Of a DNA stretch of 64,000 nucleotides, positions 1 to 12,600 are shown in pieces (positions within the stretch are counted from its first letter, which is position 1; each line of letters opens with the position of its first letter). Made by a program: the position numbers and the translations under genes. The stretch lies in assembly GCA_903813345.2 (NCBI GenBank), contig CAIIXF020000001.1:25296001-25360000 (forward strand). The letters are read 5' to 3'. The notes under the pieces were generated by a model. That model saw only the letters and a program-made list of their open reading frames with translations, made no database searches and was not told where the DNA came from. The DNA comes from Owenia fusiformis. Taxonomy: Eukaryota.

Positions 1-148
1 TATCAGGTCAGACACTGTTTGATTTTACTTTTTTAAAAGAGAGGTTTCTCTACCTCGGATGTACATTAGGATAACTATCATGTACAACATACAATGCATT
101 ATCTCAAATTATAACGTAGATGATTAAGCATCATTTGTTCTATTCTAG

Positions 149-784
149 GGAAAAGTACCAAATTAATGGAAGGGCTTGCCTTCATGGACTTTTACTACCC
201 TCTGCAAGATTTACCCCAAAAGGTGGTTGGTAACGGGACATTCTTTACGCCGAGACCTCAGAGTTTAGGGTCATTTTACATCCCTGTGGGATTCGGAGGT
301 GTTTCACCAAGATCGAAGATAAAGGTTCCAGCTGACCTAACTACTGAAAAGATTGGTGCCATGACAACTCTTGGTGATACATTATATACAGTGTTCGATA
401 ACGCTCACGTACTTGTTGGCTATGATATGTTTACAGCGAAAATGGTGAGTATTGGGCGTTCTTTTGTCGTAAAAATATAATGCTTTAAAAACTAAGACTT
501 TTACTATTTCATCAGATTTAAATATTATAACGTTTTCAAAAAGCTAGAGGTTGAGACAAATGACTTTTACATTTAGTAGTTGTTAACCGCTGCTGTTGGG
601 AAATCGATACGAGGATCTATTATTGTTTCAGACGCGTTACCAGATTCCAGGCAACGAGAAGAACTGGGAAGGTATTTTGTTCAGGCCACATAGCTCTGGT
701 ATGTGGGTTTACTTGGCCAAAGACAACCCACCAGAAATATGGAGATTTGACTTCGATACCAACAGTGGTTTCAAAGGATGTTAA
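149..784 (+). CDS. Last two exons of an uncharacterised protein (possibly beta-propeller-like); the gene starts upstream of the window
   Basis: Exon 149-444 (ttctag|GG ... ATG|gtgagt) joins in phase to exon 632-784 (tttcag|ACG ... TAA): ...KIGAMTTLGDTLYTVFDNAHVLVGYDMFTAKM|TRYQIPGNEKNWEGILFRPHSSGMWVYLAKDNPPEIWRFDFDTNSGFKGC*. The product is not recognised. Confidence 0.7.
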
Positions 785-2248
785 TTAACATCAAATAACA
801 CATTTTGGATTGACTTTGAACTTTGAAGTTTTTGCATTTTTATAACGGATACTGTTGAATAGGAAACAGTTCTAGCAATTTTGATAAAGGCTTTATTTGA
901 ATGGCGATTATGTTGAATAAAATATCGGATGGGGATAAAAAATGGCCGTACTTTGACACTCAATATATCCAAACTCCTACATATACTTCTAAAAATCTGC
1001 ACACTGAAAATGCATCATGTCCTTAATACACAGACTAGATTTCAATTTCATCCATCATGATTTCCGTTCATGGTAGCAAAATCATTTCCTGGTTTCACTT
1101 GAAAAGGTGATCATTTGGTCCTCCATCTTCTCGATAGATGATGTGCAAGTGTTTTCTCCATGAACTGATTGAGCCTTAAGTCTAAGTAAATGTTCACAAC
1201 AGCCTCTTAACAATAATTTCTCGTTTTCGTCTACAATTAAGCGTGGTCATCTGGCTATTGCGTGCATCTGGCTATTTTTGGGCCCCTAGAACCAAATTTT
1301 GAAAAATTAAGGCCCATTTTTTGATAAATTGGCCCAAAAGATCAAATTATACCCAAAAAGGCCCATTTTTGAGGCCCTACAAAATGTTAGGGCCCATAAA
1401 CTAATTTATTCTGGGCCCACTAAAGGGGGAGGCGGTCTCCATGGCCTCCCGGATCCACCACTGAATTCATTAGCAATTTTGCTTATCTTCAACCCTTTTC
1501 ATTGAAACATGTTGCGATCAATTCCTTGTCCGCCACAGAGAAAAATATCTTGATTCAACAAAACCTGTGCTCACCTTGCAGAAATTTCTTTGACACTAAC
1601 TTTTACTAGACATCACTTGACTAACGCGTGTCACATGGGTGTAGTGCATGCTCTACTCATGAAAGCTGGCAGGTGATGGAATGTGAGTAAGTGAACGTGC
1701 GTTTTTGAGGCTTTGATTTCATTTTGACCATGTGTACAGATTAATCAAGCTATGAACTGTGTCAGCACACAACATCATGTCATTTAAATGTCTAAAGTTG
1801 AAAGGGTTTGGATAAAGATTGTAACATCATGAGAGTACGGTCAATTTTGCCATCCCCACCTGATGTAGTTTAAGAAAGGAGGAATTACGAAGACAGTGGG
1901 GGACATTGATACTATAATATTTTAGTAATTATGACAATTTTCTTCAATTAAAATAAGATACTATTATAAAATGGATTTGTCCTATATTTATATTTCACCA
2001 CATATAAGTATTTAGTGGCCCTCTAGCTTTAAACTATATAACATATTGCCACTATGGACGAAGGTTTGACAATATTTGGGGAAATTTTTTTATCAGGTCA
2101 GGGTCAAAATTTAAACTGAATTGAACTTTTGCCGTTTAGACAAATTTTGCCTAGAATTAGAGATACTGAAGGTCAAAATAGGTATTTTTAACTTTCTTCA
2201 AATCGAACAGATTGTTTTCATCAAAAAAGTTCTCGGAAATTCAAATAT

Positions 2249-2459
2249 CACTGGTCAGTATCGAGCGAAGGTTACGGCCGATCAAATAATCATACTCCGG
2301 AGTTTCTGTGTCATATAAGGCGGATCAAATATCAAAGCATCACGCCAGCTATAAAGTAGTTTACTTCGATGAAAAGTAAAATATCGAAATCGACACTTCT
2401 CGTCCGCCATCTTAAATGCGAAGGTGACGACCGTAACCTTCGCTTGATACTGACCAGTG
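2249..2459. mobile_element. 211-bp MITE with CAC...GTG termini and 5-bp TSD (Transib-like signature)
   Basis: TIRs CACTGGTCAGTATCGAGCGAAGGTTACGG / CCGTAACCTTCGCTTGATACTGACCAGTG; AATAT on both sides (2244-2248, 2460-2464). Confidence 0.8.
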
Positions 2460-2893
2460 AATATGATCTTAGATTTGAGATTTGACCTCCAGTGATATTC
2501 GATGTTATCTCAAGTTTTCAGTTCGAGAACACAGATTTACATTTTTGGCTGAAAGTCAGGATACACAATAATGAATTTATAGTTTTGCACCAGATATAAG
2601 AGCTCAAAAAATTGAGAAAGGTCAAGATTTTCAAGATCAACGTTCAACTTGCTTCAAATTAGTATTAGTATGTATCATATACTTTCAGAAATGAAAATAT
2701 ACATGCTATTCCTATGTATTCTACACCGTCCGGTGTTGGATAGATATTTTTCTTATTACATTTTTTCAACCAGGAGCAGTAAAGCCAAGAGGGACAGAAA
2801 TCCCCGGAACAACTATTTTCGTCACGCAATAATGTAGCCACACGATCACGTTCCTTTGTTCAGATTTCCTCTTCTACCTCTCTACCATCTATT

Positions 2894-5800
2894 TTACTCG
2901 TTGCTTTGTATATTTTCTTTCTGTCCCTTAGAATCATCTAGTGATATAGGGCCAAACCCATACGGCAGTAACTCTTTAATTGTCACTTTCTTCCAATCAT
3001 TATTGATACCGGGTGTTGTCATGACCAAATACCAATCAAAGCCGAACTAAAAACAAAACGCACAATTGCAGTTCAAAATGAAATATATTACTTACTGGGA
3101 TCATTCGAAAATCTGAGAGTAAATGTTTCTAAACACTATAACTGCTTCAGTACTTCGAGCAAAACTAATGTTGACCCTCGAAGGAGAAATAAATGCTGAA
3201 AATTGCCCCCCCCCCGACCATATACAACCGTTCCACTTTTATCTGTTGTCTATAGGTTCTTGCTCAGCTAAATGGCAAATCGCCTAATTTTTTTTATTAT
3301 ATGACATGTCTTAAGTTTTTCTACACTGTACCTCTGCCATGACTTGTCTGCACATCCCACAGGAACCGATAAAGTAGGGAACATCACTACAAGAATAGGG
3401 TGAATATATTGAAAGTGGTCAGCCTTACCTAGGGTAGAGGAGGTCAATGAGCTAAATGGATGGGTACTCATTTAGTCAGTTGACTGCATTATGAAACTTT
3501 AGTCAAACGGGGCTTTATTATGCTATTTTTTCCTACTAAATACATATTCGTGTAATGTAAATGCAAGTTTATTTTTTAAAAATTCACACGACTTCAAAAT
3601 GCTAATTTAAAACTTAAAATTTAATGTTTATAGAATTCCAGTGTTATCGTAATTTGCAATTTCTAAAACAAGATACCAGCTTCAAGCTTCTGTAAACAAA
3701 TTCTAAACAAATGGTTGCATTGTTAATTATCTTTCTTTTAAAGAGACGATCGGTTGACTAACCATACTAAAATCAATGCAGTGAATTGTCTATGTCCTGC
3801 CGATACAGCGTTAGCAATAGAGACTCTCTCTGCACACATGCACAATCCATATGAAGCGTTTTCCACATTACAACCTGAAATATTTGAACATAAAATGGCA
3901 GGGCTATACATAATACATGTAAACTGTGTATTGTCACAATTCAATAATGCATATTATTTTCATGATCAGTCGTGGTGAAACCTATAAAAAGTCTGTATTA
4001 CTTTTATTGCATTATTTTTGCTTCTGTATTCATTAAATTCAAATTATATTAGATATATTAAATATTTGTATTCGCTAAATCATTTTTCCATTCGGTAAAA
4101 ACGTTTATATGTTTGTTACAGCAAATGAAGTTTTCAAAATAGGCAATCACTAATTACTATGTGCATTAAATTACATATTTCATTCGCTATGATATTTTTT
4201 TGCGTAAATTGTTATGTTATTCCTTAAGAGTAACACATTATATGCACAATATTGAATTTCTATTTAATTTACCAAGTGGTTTACTTTTCCATGACATAGT
4301 TAATGCATTTTACTGAAAGCTAATTCGCTATTTACAGAATGCAATAAAGTAATATTCGATAACTTTCGTTGTTGTTCGATATTTTCTCACCTGACCTCGA
4401 GATTTACAAAATGGTCGCGCAGCTATTCTACATCGTTCAAATATATCACGTGGCTGAAAGTCTCGCAAAGTATCGAAAAATAACGAAATTTATCGAATGT
4501 GGCATTCGGTATTTACCGAATATAAATAATTTAAATACCGAATGTACAAATAATTAATTGAATTATACGTGCGTTAAGGAAAACAAATTGATTCGCTGCA
4601 TCACACAAATAGCAGGTCGTTCAATAAGTTCACGGAAAAATGCTCTCATTTCAAGGATTTTTGATATTTTCTCATGAAATATTCACACAATGTATAGAAA
4701 ATACTTTCTGATTGAATCTTAAAATATCAGCGTCTCTTATTTGATTGGTTAACTTGACTTTTGGGTAGGCGGGGCACTTTTTACGTCACATTATTCATTA
4801 GAAAAACTACAGAATAATAGAAATTTATGAGTATATCACCTGAATTTCTTCTCCGCTTTCTACTTGTACATGATATACACTCCCCTCCATAAGTTTGGCA
4901 ACCTTTTTTCCCCCATTGAACTACGTGTTAAATTACCTTTGAATTTTTATTTACTTACCCTGCGATGAAAATACTTATACTATTGATGGAAACGTAATTT
5001 GACTTTAATTCCAATACCTCCAAATTTTCTCAATTTTTTCCCTCAATTACAATAGGTCGAAAATTGATGATAAATTTGATGAATTTTTGAAAATCGTCAT
5101 TCCCATGTTATCCAATGGGAAATGGTAGGTTTGCCGCAAGTCATATGACAGAATATCCATCCATCCGAGTCCTTGCAAAAATATGAGTTAGGCAGGCAAT
5201 TGAATTTGCTAACTTTATTTAACAAAAATTTGATATGTTTCTTCAGGTTCAACAAAGTTATAGGGCTTTAAAGTCAAAATTGTTTTTCAAAAAACCTCTC
5301 CCATTGAAATAACACAAGAGGCGAAAAATTATTTTCAAAAATGACTTTGAAGCGCTGTAACTTTAATATTCATCAAATAAACTTAACACTTAGTGTTCAA
5401 AAAAGTTAGACAATTCAATTTTCTATATAAAAATATTTTTTGCTGAAACTTTTACTGAAAACATATCCTGATTTCTGATTTGCCCCGAACCCTCCCTTTC
5501 CCATTGGATTACATGGGAATGACGATTTTCAAAAATTCATCAACTTTATCATCAATTTTCGACCTATTGTAATTGAGGAAAAAAATTGAGAAAGTTTGGA
5601 GGTATTGAAAATAAAGTCAAGTTACGTTTCCATCAATATTATAAGTTATTTCATCGCCGGTTAAGTAAATAAAAATTGAAACGTAAAGAGGCTTTAACAC
5701 ATAGTTCAATGGGGGAAAAAGGTTGCCAAACTTATGGAGGGGAGTGTAACTTAATGTAATTGTTACAACTATTGTCCCCTAAGGTTTCAGAAATATTCTC

Positions 5801-7252
5801 CCTCATGTTTAATGCACAGTCTCTTGTATTCAACCCATTGACGATACAGTGCTCGGAAGCCATTTGGAAAACTTGTTTGAATGGCAATCTTGACTGCAGT
5901 CGAAAGTAGTTTCATTGTTCCATAAAGTGCAATTAAACTCCTAGCTAATCCTTCATCCCAGTGAAAAAGCAAAATCAAGGATTGTCTCATCTGGAGAGTA
6001 TGTAACCTAGGGCAGCCTTGCTTTCTATTTTGCCAGTCATTTGTGATGGTTTCCTGCACAATATTAGCCATGAGATCGGCTGCATTATGCCGATGGAAAA
6101 AAGTTTGGCTGAATGGTTAAGTTTTAATCAACCTACCATAGCATTACTCTTTGTTGATTTTCTGGTCCACTGGTATAGCATTGACTAGCACGATTTCTGA
6201 AATTTTCGGGATAACAATGAACATCAATTTTCTCTCAGAATATTTGTAATTCAAAAAATAACAAATAAAAAATGGGGATCCTTCATTTGCACATATTGAT
6301 AGATTTCTGTAATGCTAAATTGTGTGACGTAAAAAGTGCCCCGCCTACCCAAAAGTCAAGTTACCATAGTAACCCTTATTTTTGACCAATCAAATTAGAG
6401 ATGCTGATATTTTAAGAATCAATCCGAAAGTAGTTTTTGCACATTGTGTGAAAACTTTATGGGAAAATATCAAGAATCTTTGAAAGGAGAGCATTTTTCC
6501 GTGAACTTATTGAACGACCTGGTACATGTATAAATATCAAATTTGAATGCCAACACAAAGAGCAAGTGAAACTATTTAGCGAATATAAATTGTATAGATT
6601 ATTACATTCGATAAAATAAAAAACATTCGATAGATTGGGTAAAGGTTTGGTAAATTGTTTGTTTTATTTGGTATTTATGGAATATTTAATGTACCGAATA
6701 AAGAAGCAGTTTAAATACCACTTTTGCCATGACTATGACCTGTCTGAAACAAAACTTAATTATTTACCACGATGTTATATCAATTAACCAAATGAAATAT
6801 CGTACAACGGGGTATATATCCTCATGGACATGATCAATACGAAAATAATAGTAAGTAAGTATTAAAAAGTGTAAATATCAGTAAAATACTGTTTTGTTAT
6901 CTTGAAACAGATATTATCTATATGTACCAATATACACATAGGTACGTAGTACGTACCATGTGAATCTAGATGATCAATTTGTAGTGTCGTCGTGAATGCA
7001 GGTTGTATACACGTATAAATATATACAGCTTGTTTTGTCTGTGCAATATGTATTGTTATTTTATTATGATACTAAATAGGAACCATCCATAAAGTACGAG
7101 ATGAAACGCGATATAGACACTTTAAAGTATACCTGTGAAAATGCTTCCATCTTCACATAAAAGGGCAGCTCCCACTTTAAAATTGCTATAGGGACAGTAT
7201 GCCTTCTCTCGAGCATCTCTCGCCTTTTTGATCAACCCAGGAATCAAGGCGT
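2894..7252 (-). CDS. CDA: Cytidine deaminase (homotetrameric CDA type); 4 coding exons found, short start exon unresolved
   Basis: Exons 7252-7133 ([39 protein letters not shown]), 3874-3763 ([37 protein letters not shown]), 3386-3332 ([19 protein letters not shown]) and 3046-2894 ([13 protein letters not shown]...[10 protein letters not shown]...*). All are GT-AG and phase-compatible. Motifs AYCPYSxFxVGAA, GCNVEN, CAER, CxxCRQ and LLP are diagnostic. Confidence 0.93.
4612..6522 (-). mobile_element. Decayed mariner-like (Tc1/mariner) transposon in a CDA intron
   Basis: Long imperfect TIRs CAGGTCGTTCAATAAGTTCACGGAAAAATGCTCTC / GAGAGCATTTTTCCGTGAACTTATTGAACGACCTG with TA on both flanks. ORF 5787-6071(-) ends in [17 protein letters not shown], resembling the mariner transposase C-terminus (W...CI...GxYF). 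Confidence 0.8.
4878..5746. mobile_element. Tc1/mariner-type MITE with about 250-bp TIRs, nested in the mariner relic
   Basis: TA|CACTCCCCTCCATAAGTTTGGCAACC ... GGTTGCCAAACTTATGGAGGGGAGTG|TA; 4878-5125 pairs with about 5497-5746. Confidence 0.88.
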
Positions 7253-9657
7253 CTTATAAAATATAAATGTATAACATTTTAATTATGGCACATCAGGTTA
7301 CTGCATTTGGGCGAGCGTATCAACAGTTAAACATGCAGGTCACGAATCCGTATAAAGTGAAATAAAAGGTGCCCTGATTTTAGACGTGTTAAAACGGGAG
7401 TCAAAATGGAATACAAAGGTAAAACATTTTTACATTATATTACTGTGTTACTGTGTGTTAGATATTGAATTGTATACCAACCTAGATCGGCGTCATTCAT
7501 TATATAGATGTATTGTTCTTTCACTCTTGTTCCTTCTACCGTGTTACGGAATCCTTAATGTCCTCGACTTGTGACCTATAGTATACCTCAGTTCGTACTA
7601 ACGTGTACATCGTATATTCTGTATTCTAGAAGTATATATTATGTCCCAACACCTGTCTATAACACCTGATAAGGGTTATTGAACAGATCAGCCACTTGTT
7701 CAAGTTCTCGATTATGACAAGACATTAAAGCCTATTACTTCTGATAGTTCGTAGAATTGACACACAGTATGATTAACTGTACATGTACGTATATTTGAAG
7801 TAACTGTAAAAATGGTCCCATCTATCTTTCAATGATGAAGTTGCTAAAAGGATGCCTCCCCTGTACCAAATACAGCCCAACATTATCGATCAACTCTAAA
7901 TTCCAGGACTATTTTATATGACTCGATAGTTTTTTCTATGTGGCTGGTTGAATCTGATTAGTCGAGGCCTAGTTCCATGACCGATTTGATTTGTCTCAAG
8001 CGTTTGATAACGTCATTATTTATTGCGCTGCTACGTCGATTAGACGATTGATGGCGAGATATATAACTCTAGACAAGGAAGAGAAACAAGTGAAACAATC
8101 ATATCTCAATATTATAAAGATATTAGAGAGATTCTCATGTTACGAAGCGTTTGATTACGTCATTATTTATTGCGTGGCCCTATACGTCGATAGGTGTGAT
8201 ATTCTTTATAGGCTATGTATTAGACAACGATTTATAAAATTATCGACGTATAGGGTTGGGCATTAAATGATGACGTAATCAAACGCTTTATAAGTTATAC
8301 GTTACACGGGAATAATAAATATACTATAAGTGAGTTGTGAAATCTCTTTGGTCATCCGATGACTAACACCTTAAGCAATCATCTAAACCATACCACTCCT
8401 GGTAAGTAAAACGTGAACATCACACCCGTCGAAGTGTATACATAAAACAAGTTACACCTACCTCTTTAAGAATAGTAAGGGGGGACGAAAATGATTTATA
8501 GTGGTCGTTGCTTTTCTTTCACCTACTAACCAACTTCCTCCCCCCTCTGACAACCAGTAAGGGGTGCCGTAACAAAAATCAAACAAACATTGGATGACAC
8601 CATATAATTTCTCTCTAGGTTTTCACACGTTTTAATTCGAAAAGTAGAGGAAACGACATATTACTTGAAATAAACATGATTGCGATTTTATCTTATGAGA
8701 CACAAACAACCGGGTAAAAGTATTGTACAGCATCTCGTCATTTTGGCACTTTGAGTATTGTTATTCTATACACTATGCAAGTTAATATCAACGGAAAATA
8801 TCAAGGCATGGTTGCTGGTCATCGATTTGTCTTTAAAGAATAAAGACATAAAGTTTATGACAAGTACAAATAGAGGAATAGTAAGTATCGACTTTACAAT
8901 GATTACCATAGCGAATTAGTCTGATATGTAGCAACGGCCTTATAACAAAGCCTAGGCGTATGTGCTGTTTTCTAGATATTATAAGCTCTGATTAATTAAT
9001 TCCATTATATTCATTTCGATTCCAAGAGACATACCTATGCAATAGGTATTTGTAAATGGACATCATGCTTGTTATACGGAGATTGGCAGCAGCTTCGAGA
9101 CAACACCTTTGGATATGATACGGTTTATGGAAACGTACCAAGTTTCTCCACCGTTTACCTGACGACGCTCTACACAATCAATTACAGCTCCATGTGATCA
9201 ATCAGTCGGCAAACCATACCTCGAAGGGAACTTACTCCTATTGTATGAAAATGTGTTATTGGTTGAAGAAAAAAACGCTCTATAGAATCGTGTTCTATCA
9301 AATGCCTTTGATCGTGTAGGCTTAGAAACATATAAATGACATGTCTCATTGTTTTGTAATACCAGAGGATTCCAGGTTTACTAATAAAGCGATGTGTTAC
9401 CTGACACTAAAGAAATCTGAGATTTAAATTTATCGATAATCACTTTTATGCTAGAAATAATGTATCATATGAAATCGCTTTTCGTAATTAATGAAGTCGA
9501 TTCGAATGTGTGTTTCGTGAAAATATATACAGGATAATGTTCGGATGTTTACACAGAGATCACAGTAGACACAAGGGAATTGACTCATACAACTGAATGA
9601 TAAAAACAAATGTTTCGCTGTACATATTGTAGGATATGAGGAGATATTAAAAGCATA

Positions 9658-12600
9658 ATGGGATCAGGAGCATCAAAAAGACCAAATACAACAAGGAAAG
9701 TACAAGCAGTAAGTGCTTTCCAAGCTATCCCTAAAAGTCCTAAAGAAAAGGACAAAATTCTGAATGATGAGATAACTGATACTCAAATAAAACTAGATGA
9801 CGTTAACCACGATAATGAGAAATCAACTGACAACAGACGAAGCATAACCATTAATGAGACTAGCAATGCATGGAACGCATTGAAGCAAGGAATTATTTTA
9901 AATGCAAATAGTCTTCCAAAGACTACATTAACACTTGATGATTTTACCAAGGTTATACGCAGAAAAGCAAGTGAGATCAAAAACGATGATTTGGAAATCC
10001 CTTACGAATCCAAAGAAAAGGTGATTGCACTTTTAATGCTATATTTAATGAATTCTTTTTATTTTACTCTTCAATGTATACATGCATATCCACTATAGTC
10101 GAGTCTGAAGTACCCTGCGTGCAGAGTCTACATGTAGTTAAACTACGAAACTCTCTTTTAGGAAGCTCTCTTTTAGGAAGTGAAGTCAAACGAATGCAAA
10201 GGGTACGTCTGAAGTGATTGAAACTCAAAATACATTGTATCTAGCTGATCCTTATATGAATATATATCTGGTTGAACAAAAATTATGACACATACAGTAC
10301 TTCTCCCTTATACTAGTACACTGGGGGGGGGGGGCGGCATCCTCTCTTGGTCGAGCCCACAAAAAATGTTGGGCCTTACATTTTTCAAAATTTGGGCCAA
10401 ATTTTGGTATTTTGGGGTCCAAAATTTTTAAGCGCATGGGCGCGTTTTTCTGATTTGAAATGTGGACGCACCCTAATTAGCTTTTTGATCCGCCAGTGAT
10501 AGACACCATGTCACAGTCATAAAAAGTGAAATATATTTTCTTGTATGTGACAGACGATATTTTCTATGGTAATAGAACGACTAAAACTGATGAAAATTCA
10601 AGTTTAAGGGAACTTTCTGTATACCTGCCATGTTATCTGCCCCGAATTAGCCACCTGTTGGTGAAACTGGTAACGATCTATTAGCATTTGCCGTATTGAC
10701 TCGATAACCTTTGGTTGAGTATTGTGAGCAACCCGGTGGGTTTTACCAAAGCTACTTTAATGATTCACAACTCCTGAGCTTACTGATGGAATCGCAGCTA
10801 TCTTAATATATCCATGTACAAACGTAATTTATAACTTTTGGGGTAGGAGGTCAATCTAAAATTTCTAAATGATATACAGTGTAGAATATTTTACATACTA
10901 CATGTCAAAAAGCGATTTTGTCCTGGTTTATTTTCTGTGCGACCAGCCTGTGAGAATTCTGGACAAATATAAAAAAAACACCATTGACTCATGAATCGGG
11001 TGCAATTTTTATTTCTAGACATTCTATTCAAACATATTGTCGACTCGTACTACGACAATGTAGATATATATTGTTGTATATTGTTTAGTACTAGACTAGG
11101 TATAGTAATACATCTATTCTGATGCCCCGATTGTAAATAAATCTGATATCTCGTATTGTAATAATTATGTTAGCGCTATTAGATTAATACAGTGTTTACA
11201 CGGATTGAATGTAACATCTCATTTTCCCATGATTTATTATAGCCTAACCTTTAAAGCAATTTCTATTCTCTTCATGTCCGTTCTGTGTGGTTTCTGCCAT
11301 TTGATGTTAAAGCTCTATTTTACATAAATCGAAGGTATAAACCGAACTGCTTAAAAGGAATATTTTGCATTTGAAAATGCTATTCAAAAAGCCCTGAAAT
11401 GTAGGCCTATTGAACAAAATGTATATTTCTGAATTCACTGTCTTGCATTCATAAAGCGGTAATGGATAGGAGGAACGTGCTGAGGATATCTGATAAAATT
11501 GTTGGAACAATTTCTGCCCATAAATTGCCTTTTTCTAAACAATTACAGAGTTTAGATTTCATTTCAACATGCTATACCTTTTTAATCTCGGAAATAACAA
11601 TTGCTTTAAGTAAATTATGAGTCAATTGATAGCTCTAGTCAAATGCAGAAAATAGAGTGACTGGCATTGTGTTTCCCAATGCAATCCCCAACACATGGAT
11701 CCATGAAATCTCTTGCAATTCCACAATCAATGTTTGCACCTTAATTCACATTAGTTAGATATCTCAATTTTTTCAAATATTAAAATGGAAACACTTATAA
11801 TTACTTTTTTATTTAAAAATAATTATGTATGCTTTCAAGAATTCACATTCTTTATCGATCCTTTGCTATCACTTTAAAATGAAGCAATTTAGATGTATCA
11901 GAAGACGAGGACTGTATTTTGAAGGTTTAACACGTGTTTTCACGTTTGAGAGGCTCCCAAGGCTCGCACGCGTGTTTACTGTCTAAACTGTAATATAGCC
12001 TATACTAGGCAGAGGGTAGTTTATATAATTTGCTTATATGTGTGAGGGACAAAATGTTTCTAATTTCCTGTTGAATGTCGAGTCTTTCATCATACGAATG
12101 TAATTTTAGGCGTCTGCATAGAATATTGGGAAATAAGCGTTACCCTTTCCAATAGTCTGAGTTTGCTTTTTAAGAGCTTCACCTCCACACTCAGTCAGGG
12201 TAAGCAAGCAGAAGAACAAAGGGATTTTGGGTCAGGGTACAAGTTCGAAATTGTTACGAGAGCTCTTCAGTAATTCTGCACTGAAAAGTTATCTACTCAA
12301 TATATTGAAACAGTTTCTTGATCACACCCTTTGCGGACCGAGCCCACAAAAACACTCGGTGCGGATAACAGAGAGCTCGGTGCGAAACCAATTGTTATTT
12401 TTGAATGTGAAAATTAAAGCATGTTGGGATTTTACTTATATTCATATATTAAAAAAACGACATGGAACCCCACACCATCGTATGAATATTGAATTGTCGT
12501 TATGCTAATTATTTATTTTTCATTCATTATCATTAAATTAACATGATAAATAACGAAAGTTGTCGTTTTAAACATTATTCTAAGCTTTCATATACTATTG

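Noticed and set aside
8665..8677. Candidate CDA start exon on minus (ATG TTT ATT TCA A|gtaat)
   Set aside because: The phase fits, but 13 nt is too short to distinguish from chance without cDNA.
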